A DNA stretch of 64,000 bases from an uncultured cyanobacterium. GTDB taxonomy: Bacteria > Cyanobacteriota > Cyanobacteriia > Phormidesmidales > Phormidesmidaceae. The translations under genes were made by a program, and so were the position numbers. Location of the stretch: NCBI GenBank assembly GCA_963793265.1, contig CAWBZI010000006.1:128001-192000 (forward strand), in the 5' to 3' direction. Under the pieces are notes generated by a model. It ran no database searches. It had not been told where the DNA came from and saw only the letters and a list, made by a program, of their open reading frames with translations. Shown here in pieces: positions 33,734-42,633 of the stretch (the stretch's first letter is position 1; each line of letters begins with the position of its first letter).

Positions 33734-35629
33734 ATGATTGAAGATTCTGCTCAAGCAGTACTGTCGAAGCACGAGGTTATCGCCAGTCCATCTAGTTCCG
33801 CACCAGATACATACAAACCATCTTCTAGAAACGGAAGTTCAAGCAACAATTCAAACAACGGTTCAGCGAACGGTTCAGCAACAGTAAAAACGCAGCTTTC
33901 AGTCGCTCAGTCTGTTGTTAAGCTCATGGAAGAGTTGGGGATCGATAGCGCGTTTGGCGTGTCGGGTGGGGCGATGGCAACCCTTTGGGGGGCGATGTCG
34001 GATAGCGATCGCATCGAAGTCATCCACTGCCGCCACGAATCTGGGGCCACCTTCGCCGCTGCCGAAGCCGCCCTAGCCTCCAACCGTCCAGTCACCGCAT
34101 TTTCCACCGCAGGCCCCGGCCTCACCAACGCCCTCACCGGCATATTCGCCGCCCGAGGCGAAGGCGCAAAAGTCCTCCTAATTTCAGCCTGCACCTCTGC
34201 CCCCCAGCAAGGCAGATGGGCCATTCAAGAAACCAGCTCGCTTACCCTCCCCACCGCCGGACTCTTCACCAGCGGCGCACTGTTTAACTACGCCACCGTC
34301 GTTCAGTCCGCCGAGCAGCTTCCTCAAATCGCCCGCAGGCTTGCTCTCGGCTTCTCCCAGCCCGAAGGCTTCGTCGCTCACCTCAGCTTCCCCACCGCCG
34401 TCCAAGCTCAGCCGGTCAAAGTAGACATGCCTGAAGCTGAAGTTCTAAACAACGTTCCGAATCCCAGCGACGCCATCGTCAAAACCTGCGCCCAACGCCT
34501 CAGCGAAGCACCTTTTGCTATTTGGCTAGGTTATGGCGCTCGCCATGCTGCTAAAGAAGTTCTAGAACTTGCTGAGAAAACGGGTGCAGCCGTGATGTGC
34601 TCACCGAGAGGCAAAGGCGTTTTCCCTGAAAGCCACCCTCAATACATCGGCGTCACCGGGCTAGGCGGTCATGGCTCAGTGTTCAGCTACATGCAAGAGC
34701 AAAAGCCCCTTTGGACGCTTGTCCTCGGCACCCGGCTTGGCGAACCCACCTCCTTTTGGAGCCAAAGCATGGTGCCAACCAAAGGATTTATACACGTTGA
34801 CATCGACTCTCAAGTCCCTGGCGTCGCTTACTCCTGGGTCGAAACGCTGCCTGTTCAAGCAGAAATCGGCGCGTTCGTAAAAGCGCTCATGCCTCAGCTC
34901 GATGCTCTTCAATCGGCTAAAAATCAGGCATCTAAGCAGCTCCCAACGCCCGAGCGAGATGAGATTACAGCAGGAGAGCCAGACTGCGTAAGACCTGAAA
35001 TCTTAATGCAGATGATCCAACAGGAAGTTGTTGAATCGAGCAACGCTGTGGTATTGGCAGAATCAGGCAACTCTTTCACCTGGTCAACTAATCTGTTGCG
35101 CTTCGATCAGCCTAATCGCTACAGAGTAAGCACGGGCGCTGGCTCTATGGGCCACGCTGTCACAGGTGTTGTCGGTGCGGCCTATGCCTGCAAAGGTAAA
35201 GCGGTTGCGATCACAGGCGATGGCTCTATGCTAATGAACAACGAAATTAGCACCGCCGTAAAATACGACATTCCAGCCGTCTGGATTGTGCTTAACGACG
35301 CCCGCTACAACATGTGTTTTCAGGGCATGGCGCTACTCGGCCTCAACGGTGATGCTTTGATGCCACAAACCGATTTCGTGATGATTGCACGAGGCATGGG
35401 CGCGGATGGCATTCATGTCACTCAAGAATCCGAGCTAGCGGCAGCATTGCAGAAAGCCATGAGTGCACCGGGGCCGTTTGTTGTTGATGTACGCATAGAT
35501 GCGTCTCGGCAGGCTCCTTCTAAAGGGAGAAATCAGAGCCTTGTGAAACAAGGGGCTAAGACGGCGAAAGGGTCTGAGCTAGCGGAGCCGGTAGAGGCAG
35601 AGGAGCCGGTTTCTTTTCCTTTGGTTTGA
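33734..35629 (+). CDS. scyA: ScyA, ThDP-dependent acyloin synthase (acetolactate synthase-like)
   Basis: FGVSGGAM, CRHESGA, TAGPGLTNALTG, QGRWAIQETS, GDGSMLMNNE ThDP motif; followed by scyB and scyC. Confidence 0.93.
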   Translation: MIEDSAQAVLSKHEVIASPSSSAPDTYKPSSRNGSSSNNSNNGSANGSATVKTQLSVAQSVVKLMEELGIDSAFGVSGGAMATLWGAMSDSDRIEVIHCRHESGATFAAAEAALASNRPVTAFSTAGPGLTNALTGIFAARGEGAKVLLISACTSAPQQGRWAIQETSSLTLPTAGLFTSGALFNYATVVQSAEQLPQIARRLALGFSQPEGFVAHLSFPTAVQAQPVKVDMPEAEVLNNVPNPSDAIVKTCAQRLSEAPFAIWLGYGARHAAKEVLELAEKTGAAVMCSPRGKGVFPESHPQYIGVTGLGGHGSVFSYMQEQKPLWTLVLGTRLGEPTSFWSQSMVPTKGFIHVDIDSQVPGVAYSWVETLPVQAEIGAFVKALMPQLDALQSAKNQASKQLPTPERDEITAGEPDCVRPEILMQMIQQEVVESSNAVVLAESGNSFTWSTNLLRFDQPNRYRVSTGAGSMGHAVTGVVGAAYACKGKAVAITGDGSMLMNNEISTAVKYDIPAVWIVLNDARYNMCFQGMALLGLNGDALMPQTDFVMIARGMGADGIHVTQESELAAALQKAMSAPGPFVVDVRIDASRQAPSKGRNQSLVKQGAKTAKGSELAEPVEAEEPVSFPLV

Positions 35630-35664
35630 GCTTTAGAAGTAGGAATGTAGCAACGCACATCGAT

Positions 35665-35749
35665 GCCCTCACCCCAACCCTCTCCCGAGGGGAGAGGGAG
35701 TCAGATTCAAAGTCCTTCTCCCCTCGGGAGAAGGATTTAGGATGAGGGC
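35665..35749. repeat. REP-like palindromic element, family A, copy 2 (scyA-scyB spacer)
   Basis: GCCCTCACCCC..CCCTCTCCCGAGGGGAGAGGG..TCCTTCTCCCCTCGGGAGAAGGA..GGATGAGGGC, two hairpins inside a terminal inverted repeat. Confidence 0.8.
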
Positions 35750-35840
35750 TTCAGCACATACTGGTTAAGCGTTTTATTGCGCTTTTCCCCTCAAACGCCT
35801 TCCCCCACACAATCCCTTTCACGCAACAGGAACCAAACTT

Positions 35841-36905
35841 GTGAAAATATTTGAAACGACCGAAACCACAGGTCACGAGCAGATTCTCTTCTGCCACGAT
35901 CAGGCTTCGGGACTACGCTCTATCATCGCCATCCACGATACCAGCCCCGGATTTGCGATGGGAGCGACCCGCCTGTGGCCCTACGCAACGGAAGCTGCTG
36001 CCCTCACAGACGTATTGCGCCTGAGCCGAGGCATGACTTACAAAGCAGCCTGCGCCAACATTCCTGTCGGTGGTGGTAAAGCGGTGATCATCGCGCGCCC
36101 TGAGCAAAAAACCAATGAGCTGCTCAGAGCTTACGGTCGGTTTATCGACAGCATTAATGGCCAGTTTGTTACCGGACAAGACGTAAACTTAAACGCCCAA
36201 GACGTTCGCCAAATCTGCATAGAAACCAAGCACGTTGTCGGCACTCAGGAGCGTAACGGTGGCCCGGTGGCAGCAACGGCAACTGGCGTGCTGCTTGGGA
36301 TTCAAGCAGCCGTAGAATTTCAGCGGCAGCAGCGCGATTTGCGCGGACTAAAGATCGCCATTCAAGGGCTAGGCAATATTGGTGGGGCGCTGTGTGAGGA
36401 GTTGCACGAGCGCGGGGCGAAGCTGTTTGTTACTGATATCAATCCTGAAAGGGTGGAGGCGATCGCACAAAAATACAACGCCACCCCCGTCGCCCCCGAA
36501 GACATCTACGCCGTGGATGCCGACATCTTCTGTCCCTGTGCACTCGGGGCCATCCTCAACGCCCAAACCATCCCGCAGCTAAAAGCCACCATCATCGCAG
36601 GCAGCGCCAACAACCAGCTCGCTCACGAACAGCAAGACGGTGAACTTCTTTCTGAACGCGGCATTCTGTACTGCCCAGACTACGTAATCAATGCAGGCGG
36701 ACTAATCAACGTGTATCACGAGATGGTCGGCTACGAAGAGCTAAAAGTGTTCAAACACGTGCAGGGCATCGGCAATACCCTCACCGAAATCTTTGAACAA
36801 GCCGACAAATCACAAACGACCACCAACATTTCAGCCTATTGCCTTGCCGACAGCCGCATCGCAGCCGCCAAAGCCAAAAAAATCAAAGTCCTTCAAAGCG
36901 TATAA
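35841..36905 (+). CDS. scyB: ScyB, tryptophan dehydrogenase (Leu/Phe/Val dehydrogenase family)
   Basis: LRLSRGMTYK, GGGKAVI, QGLGNIG, GSANNQL, PDYVINAGG. Confidence 0.93.
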   Translation: MKIFETTETTGHEQILFCHDQASGLRSIIAIHDTSPGFAMGATRLWPYATEAAALTDVLRLSRGMTYKAACANIPVGGGKAVIIARPEQKTNELLRAYGRFIDSINGQFVTGQDVNLNAQDVRQICIETKHVVGTQERNGGPVAATATGVLLGIQAAVEFQRQQRDLRGLKIAIQGLGNIGGALCEELHERGAKLFVTDINPERVEAIAQKYNATPVAPEDIYAVDADIFCPCALGAILNAQTIPQLKATIIAGSANNQLAHEQQDGELLSERGILYCPDYVINAGGLINVYHEMVGYEELKVFKHVQGIGNTLTEIFEQADKSQTTTNISAYCLADSRIAAAKAKKIKVLQSV

Positions 36906-36923
36906 CTCCAAACCCTAAAAATC

Positions 36924-37931
36924 ATGGAAAGCAACACCTTCGCCACCTCAGCCTTCATCAAAACCGATGTCGAAACGGCCTTCTCCTACCTGTGCGAACT
37001 CAAAAATCTCGACGAATGGACGCTCTTTAGCAACATGATCGAGCAGGTTGACGAAGACACCTGGCTCGGCACTGCCTCCGGCTATCACAGCAATTTGTAC
37101 TACCACGTCAAACGATTCGATAATCCCGACTTTCGCGGCATCGAGTGGCACTGCGGCCTGGAATACAAACAGTACTTCCAGGTTTACCCCGTCTTCCTAT
37201 TTCCCCCCGACTACGTAGAGCCCGGCTCAGACGAGTCCGGCGTTTACTTTCACTGGCTCAGCTTTGTCGATCCGAAGCGCCGCAACCCCATGATCATGCA
37301 GGGTATCGAAACCGTGCATACCTCAGAGTGCCGATCGCTCAAGGCCATCATGGAGCGCAAGCAAGGCGCAACCGAAGCCGCTCAAGGGCGCTATCAAATC
37401 AAGACCTTCAGCATTTTTGTAGATGCGCCTTTAGAAATGGGCTTTGAGTTTCTTAAAGACGTTGCAAATATAGATGTGTGGACACACTTACTGCGACCTG
37501 ACGGCGAGGTGAAAGGTGAGTCAGGCACGTTTTTAGACGAATACAATCAGACGGTGGAAGTAGAGCTAAAGGCCCACGCCCTCAGTAAGTTCTACCTGCT
37601 AGAGCAAACCTACCACTACCCCGAGCACGACTTCACCCAGCGCTGCCCTATCGTCATCATTCCGTGCGCCTACGCCTTTGGCGACCCTACCGCCGAAGGC
37701 TTCATCCTTCATCGCATCACCTTCTGGCCCACCGAAGGCCAGCTCCGCCACGGCAAGCTCCAAATCCACGACTTCGGCGCTGAAGGCATGAATATTAAAC
37801 GGATGCTAGAAGCCAAAGCAGGCAACCTCGATAGCTTTGCTAAAGGCATGAGCTATCAGCCGCAGAGTAAGGAGTTGAGCGAAACAAACGGCAAGGCCGA
37901 AAAACCGGAGAAGCAAGCAATCAAACTGTAA
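36924..37931 (+). CDS. scyC: ScyC, scytonemin cyclase/decarboxylase
   Basis: GIEWHCG, QVYPVFLFP, GVYFHWLSFVDP, VHTSECRSLK motifs; synteny with scyAB. Confidence 0.9.
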   Translation: MESNTFATSAFIKTDVETAFSYLCELKNLDEWTLFSNMIEQVDEDTWLGTASGYHSNLYYHVKRFDNPDFRGIEWHCGLEYKQYFQVYPVFLFPPDYVEPGSDESGVYFHWLSFVDPKRRNPMIMQGIETVHTSECRSLKAIMERKQGATEAAQGRYQIKTFSIFVDAPLEMGFEFLKDVANIDVWTHLLRPDGEVKGESGTFLDEYNQTVEVELKAHALSKFYLLEQTYHYPEHDFTQRCPIVIIPCAYAFGDPTAEGFILHRITFWPTEGQLRHGKLQIHDFGAEGMNIKRMLEAKAGNLDSFAKGMSYQPQSKELSETNGKAEKPEKQAIKL

Positions 37932-37955
37932 AAACATAAGGCTTTCCTTTATCAC

Positions 37956-37989
37956 AAACCTTCTCTTGTTCTAAAGAGGAGGTTTTTTT
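37956..37989 (+). terminator. Intrinsic terminator after scyC
   Basis: AAACCTTCTCTT-loop-AAGAGGAGGTTT stem followed by T-tract. Confidence 0.7.
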
Positions 37990-38589
37990 ATTTACCTTTC
38001 AACAACAGTTCCACCACAGTCAATGAACATTGTTTTGCGCTTGCCTATTACAGTTGACAATTATAACGATTCATCTAAAATACAAAGAATCTCTTTTGCT
38101 AACGAAGTGCTCATCGCCCTTATAAAGAGTTTCTTTACACAAGATAAAAGTGCACAAAAGAGAGTTTCTAGCAATGAGTATTCTTTAGTAGAACGCCTCT
38201 TAAAGTGATAATTTTAATGGCTTTCAAAAATCTCAAACGCCTTTATCTACAGGTGTTTTAAGTTCTTATGAAGCCTCAGCTTGTAGAAAATAAGTGCAAT
38301 GAATTTAAATCTTTTCTGTGGTAGCTTAAAAACACAAAACCACATGACTTAAAACAATTCGGCTAGCTGTCGCAACCACGCGTTTAAAAGCTCTCTTCCA
38401 GGTAGTGAGTTTTGTTTTCACATGCGTTCTCCTACAAATACATACAAAGAGAACAGCCAAAATCTGGGTGCTAAATAAATATATCGAACCGAATGGCTTC
38501 TCAAGTGTGAAGCATCCGTTTCTCTCTTCTTCATAAGCAAAAGAACACCTTTTTCCGTATCACTCACTTTCCCCCACTTCAAACAGCAG

Positions 38590-40134
38590 ATGCAAACCAA
38601 AAGATTCCAATACTCCTCGTTCTTAGCGCTCAGCTTGGCCCTTCTCTCTGGAGGAGCAGCCCAAGCAGCTAACTTCTCAGTTATTGCCGATGGCCTCGAT
38701 CAGCCACGCGGTTTCGCGTTCGCTCCCGATGGCACGCTCTACATTCCAGAGCCTGGTATTGGTGGAGATAGCGATCGCTGCCAGCCTTCCCCAAGTACCC
38801 TATTCCAGCCTATCTGCGCAGGCACCAGCGGCAAAATCACAGCCGTTAGCACTGATGGCAGCACCAAAACGCTGCTCAACGGCTTCCAGTCCTTGGCTGA
38901 GCAGCCTTCCAAAAATCAGGGTGCAGGCCCCGCAGATATCGACTTTGACGAGCTTGGCAATGCCTACCTCATCACTGGCTTTGCTGGCTACCCTGGCAAC
39001 CGCGACAAAGACATCAGCCTGATCGCTCAAGACTTTCCTGTTCCCGACGGCCAAAAGGCAACGTTTCCGCCTTCTCCGATTGAAGACGTATTAGAAACGC
39101 CCGATCTGGCTAAGCTGTTCAAAATCGATTTACAAACGGAAGAACTCACCGAGATCTTTGACTTTGGTCTGTATGAGGTCACGCAGAACCCCGACAAAGG
39201 TGACTTCGTTACCAACCCTTACGATCTAGATATTGCTAACGGCAATGCCTACGTCGTAGATGGTGGCGGTAACGTCGCTTACGAAATCGATCTTGCAACC
39301 GGCAAAGCAAAAACCACCGCGATTCCTCGCATCATCGTCGAGAATCCTGAGTTTCCACCCATGGGGCCACCTGAGGGAGCAGAGCCGGAGGTTAACCCGC
39401 TCGGCAACGGCGAGGTGATTGAAGAAGCCATTGACGGCGACGCGCCCTTCCCAGGCGGTATGCCGCCGATGGACATGGGGCCTGATGGGGCTCCTGACGG
39501 TGCACCTAGCGGCCCACCGCCTGGTGGAGATGGCGGTGTTGGCGATCTTCTGCCTGGTTTGTTTGAGCCAGTTCCAGGCAATCCTAACGCGATTTCTATT
39601 CAGTCAGTACCAACCGGCAACGCGATTGGCCCAGATGGCGCGCAGTATGTTGCTGAGTACACCGGATTCCCTTATCCAGAAGGCGCAGCCAGCATTTACC
39701 GCATTGGTGAAGACGGTACGCCTGAAGTTTATGCAACCGGCTTTACTCAAATCACCGACATCGAATTTGATGCAGATGGCAATCTGTTAGTGCTTGAGTT
39801 TAGCGACGAAGCACCTTGGAAAGGCGAAGACATTCGCTCACTGCCTAGCGCCTTGAGTATGGTGGCTCCTGATGGTACCAAAACGGTACTGGTAGAGTCA
39901 GGCGAAGGGCTGCTTTCTGCTGATGGCATTACCATTGGCCCAGATGGCAACGTATATGTTGCTAACAAAGCAATTGGCGGCGGTGAAGGTCAAATCGTCC
40001 GACTAGACAACCTGTTCAAGGGCGACAAAGACGACGCAGAATCCGTACCTGAGCCGGTTTCAATTGTTGCTGTTTTGGCGTTTGGCGCGGTGAGTACTAA
40101 GTTGCTCAAGCGCAAGGCTTGGCAGTCTAGCTAG
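38590..40134 (+). CDS. scyE: ScyD/ScyE-family beta-propeller protein with signal peptide and PEP-CTERM
   Basis: Signal peptide ending AQA, GLDQPRG, CQPSPS..IC, QSVPTG, GFPYPEG; C-terminal VPEP + TM + basic tail; assignment to scyE rather than scyD is tentative. Confidence 0.8.
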   Translation: MQTKRFQYSSFLALSLALLSGGAAQAANFSVIADGLDQPRGFAFAPDGTLYIPEPGIGGDSDRCQPSPSTLFQPICAGTSGKITAVSTDGSTKTLLNGFQSLAEQPSKNQGAGPADIDFDELGNAYLITGFAGYPGNRDKDISLIAQDFPVPDGQKATFPPSPIEDVLETPDLAKLFKIDLQTEELTEIFDFGLYEVTQNPDKGDFVTNPYDLDIANGNAYVVDGGGNVAYEIDLATGKAKTTAIPRIIVENPEFPPMGPPEGAEPEVNPLGNGEVIEEAIDGDAPFPGGMPPMDMGPDGAPDGAPSGPPPGGDGGVGDLLPGLFEPVPGNPNAISIQSVPTGNAIGPDGAQYVAEYTGFPYPEGAASIYRIGEDGTPEVYATGFTQITDIEFDADGNLLVLEFSDEAPWKGEDIRSLPSALSMVAPDGTKTVLVESGEGLLSADGITIGPDGNVYVANKAIGGGEGQIVRLDNLFKGDKDDAESVPEPVSIVAVLAFGAVSTKLLKRKAWQSS

Positions 40135-40146
40135 TCCTAACGTGCG

Positions 40147-40213
40147 GCTGCTTTTTGTTCTTAGCTTTGTCGTTAGCGAACGCTTGCGAGCACAGGTACG
40201 AACAAAAAGCAGC
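40147..40213. other. 14-bp perfect inverted repeat in the scyE-scyF spacer
   Basis: GCTGCTTTTTGTTC (40147-40160) / GAACAAAAAGCAGC (40200-40213). Confidence 0.65.
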
Positions 40214-40282
40214 GAATAACAATTTTGTTTCACACATACAGGGCATCTATTGACAAGTTTCCTATCAAACCCTCGTTTACCT

Positions 40283-41464
40283 ATGAAGTCAACTAAACTT
40301 TTATGGGCCGCTGTTGCTGCTGGCTTACCGGCTAGTTTAGCTTTAGCGATCGCCCCCAACGCTGAAGCGGTCACCATCACATTCGACTCCACCGTCGGCT
40401 CTCCCGGCTTCGGCCCTGGCGAACTCTTCGTCCCTCAAGGCGTCGGCGTTGGCCCTGACGACAATATCTACGTCGCCAACGGACGCGGCATTAATCCCAT
40501 GACTGGCGAGTTTGCCCCAGAAGTCGGCAACAAAGTCGAAGTCTTCAGCCCTAGTGGTGAATACCTCAGGTCTGTTGGCGTTGGGGGCAAAGGCCCTGGC
40601 CAGCTAGACGAACCTGGTGCCATCAAATTCGACCCCACCTCCGGCAACCTTTACGTAGGTGACGTTTTCAACAGTGAAATCGACATTTACGAGCCGCTCT
40701 CCGGTGACTTTATTGATTCATTCGGCTCCTTCAGCGGTCAAGTTGCCGATCGCCCCTTCTTCGGGCCCGGTGGCTTCGACTTCAACGCCCAAGGAGACAT
40801 TTACGTCCCCGACTTTAGCGGCGACGAGATCAAGGTTTACAACCGCGTCGGTGAACTCACTAAAACCATCGGCGTATCAGGCTCAGAGCCAGGCCAGTTC
40901 TTAGGCCCAGCCGCTATCGGTATCTCCGACAAAACCGGGAATCTATATATCACCGACCAGTTCAACAACAGAATTCAGGTACTCAACGCCGAAGGTGAGT
41001 TTCTCTTTGCCTTTGGTACCGAAGGCACTGATCCCGGCCAGTTCAACGAGCCGATTGGCCTTGACCTTGACGAATTTGACAACATTTACGTTGCCGACTC
41101 TCAAAACGGTCGCGTGCAGGTATTTGACCCAGAAGGCAACTTCCTTACTGCCTACGGCGAACCCGCCCGCACGCCCGATGGTCAAATCGTAACGCCCCCT
41201 GCCTTGGGTGGCCCTCCGTTTGGCGATCCACTCGTCCTTGAGCCCGGCGTCTTTAACTGGACAGCCGGACTAGAGTACGAAGACGGCAAGCTGTATGTAG
41301 GAGACTTTTTCCAAGGTCGCGTACAGATTCTAGACGTTGTTAATGAAGACGGCGAAACGCCTGATGGTGCAAAAGTCCCTGAGCCCTCAGCAGGGTTGGG
41401 CCTAGCTGCTTTAGGTTTACTGGGCGTTGCTAGCCGCGCTAGAAAGAAGTGGGCATCGGCTTAA
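40283..41464 (+). CDS. scyF: ScyF, NHL-repeat PEP-CTERM protein
   Basis: Signal peptide (AEA), NHL repeats (GQFxxPxG..LYxxDxxNxRIQV), VPEPSAGLGL + TM + basic tail. Confidence 0.88.
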   Translation: MKSTKLLWAAVAAGLPASLALAIAPNAEAVTITFDSTVGSPGFGPGELFVPQGVGVGPDDNIYVANGRGINPMTGEFAPEVGNKVEVFSPSGEYLRSVGVGGKGPGQLDEPGAIKFDPTSGNLYVGDVFNSEIDIYEPLSGDFIDSFGSFSGQVADRPFFGPGGFDFNAQGDIYVPDFSGDEIKVYNRVGELTKTIGVSGSEPGQFLGPAAIGISDKTGNLYITDQFNNRIQVLNAEGEFLFAFGTEGTDPGQFNEPIGLDLDEFDNIYVADSQNGRVQVFDPEGNFLTAYGEPARTPDGQIVTPPALGGPPFGDPLVLEPGVFNWTAGLEYEDGKLYVGDFFQGRVQILDVVNEDGETPDGAKVPEPSAGLGLAALGLLGVASRARKKWASA

Positions 41465-41484
41465 AAAGCTAATCCTCTTTGTAT

Positions 41485-41530
41485 AAAAGGCCGCTCTCTT
41501 TGTAATTTTCTACAAGGAGAGCGGCCTTTT
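41485..41530 (+). terminator. Intrinsic (possibly bidirectional) terminator after scyF
   Basis: AAAAGGCCGCTCTCTTTGTA-loop-TACAAGGAGAGCGGCCTTTT, 20-bp stem with one G-U pair. Confidence 0.85.
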
Positions 41531-41615
41531 GTCTGAGAGAAAACGCTTCACCCCATCTCACGATGACTTCACACCTGCGCGCTACAATGTTGCCATTCTC
41601 GACGGTATCGCTCTT

Positions 41616-42509
41616 ATGACTATTGCTGGCTCCCAAGCTACCAAATCTCAAAGACCGAGAAAGCCTGCTGTAGAGCCTTCTACAGAACGATCTCCCGAGC
41701 CAGCTTTTTTTGCCGAGCCTTTGGATGAGTCTCTGACGCTACCGGATCACACGCAGCTACCGGAGTCAGATGGAACCTTTGTGAAAAATTTTCAAGAACA
41801 TCCACAGAGCGTTCTACTCACCAGCTCTATTCGGCCTACCCTTGATGCCCTGCATCCTGATAGTCAATACTGCATCGGTCAAGACAGCGGCATCTATTGG
41901 AGAATTATCGATCCGCCACTGCGAGGCGCAGAAGCGCCAGACTGGTTTTATGTGCCTGGTGTGCCGCCACTGCTGAATGGAATCACCCGGCGCTCTTACG
42001 TGATGTGGCAGGAAATAGTTGCCCCCGTCATTGCAATCGAATTTGTGTCAGGTAAAGGAAAAGAAGAACGGGACAAAACCTCACCGTTTGAGAACAAGGA
42101 CGCTAAAGCCGGTAAATTTTGGGTATATGAGCAGGCCATTCGGATTCCGTTCTATGCCATTTACGAGGTAGAAAAAGCGGCTGTTGAGGTTTACAAACTC
42201 ACTGGCGGTAGCTACAAAAAATGCAAGCCTAACACGCGCGGTCACTACCCTATCGAGCCTATGGGTGTAGAGCTAGGCATTTGGCAAGGTGACTATGCAA
42301 ATCAAATATTGCCCTGGCTAAGGTGGTGGGATGCAGAGGGCAATTTACTACTTTCAGGGGATGAGCGGGCTAAGCAAGAAGCTCAGCGGGCAGATGATGA
42401 AGCTCAACGGGCTGAGCAGGAAACGCAGCGAGCCAATGATGAAGCTCAGCGGGCCGAACGGATGGCTGCAAAACTACGTGAGCTAGGCATCAATCCAGAT
42501 GATGTATAG
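41616..42509 (+). CDS. Uma2 (DUF820) family putative endonuclease with C-terminal heptad repeats
   Basis: LPDHTQLPESDG, APDWFYVPGV, IEFVSG, WLRWWD, EAQRA repeats, LRELGINPD; ORF-track start lies inside the terminator so ATG 41616 is used. Confidence 0.88.
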   Translation: MTIAGSQATKSQRPRKPAVEPSTERSPEPAFFAEPLDESLTLPDHTQLPESDGTFVKNFQEHPQSVLLTSSIRPTLDALHPDSQYCIGQDSGIYWRIIDPPLRGAEAPDWFYVPGVPPLLNGITRRSYVMWQEIVAPVIAIEFVSGKGKEERDKTSPFENKDAKAGKFWVYEQAIRIPFYAIYEVEKAAVEVYKLTGGSYKKCKPNTRGHYPIEPMGVELGIWQGDYANQILPWLRWWDAEGNLLLSGDERAKQEAQRADDEAQRAEQETQRANDEAQRAERMAAKLRELGINPDDV

Positions 42510-42633
42510 GGGCGATCGCATACGTCCCGTTCGCTGCGGGTCATTTTCTCACGAAAACTGATACATCCTGCCGGTGTGCCGGTAATATCTTCGAGCTACT
42601 GTATGTAAAAGTAGCTGACTATATTACCTTCTT

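Noticed and set aside
38023..38208. 61-aa ORF in the scyC-scyE gap
   Set aside because: AT-rich, no recognisable motif; probably spurious
8409..42509. Two Uma2 genes as boundaries of a scytonemin genomic island
   Set aside because: Uma2 genes are highly multicopy in cyanobacteria; no integrase, tRNA or flanking direct repeat is seen, and HIP1 remains frequent inside the region
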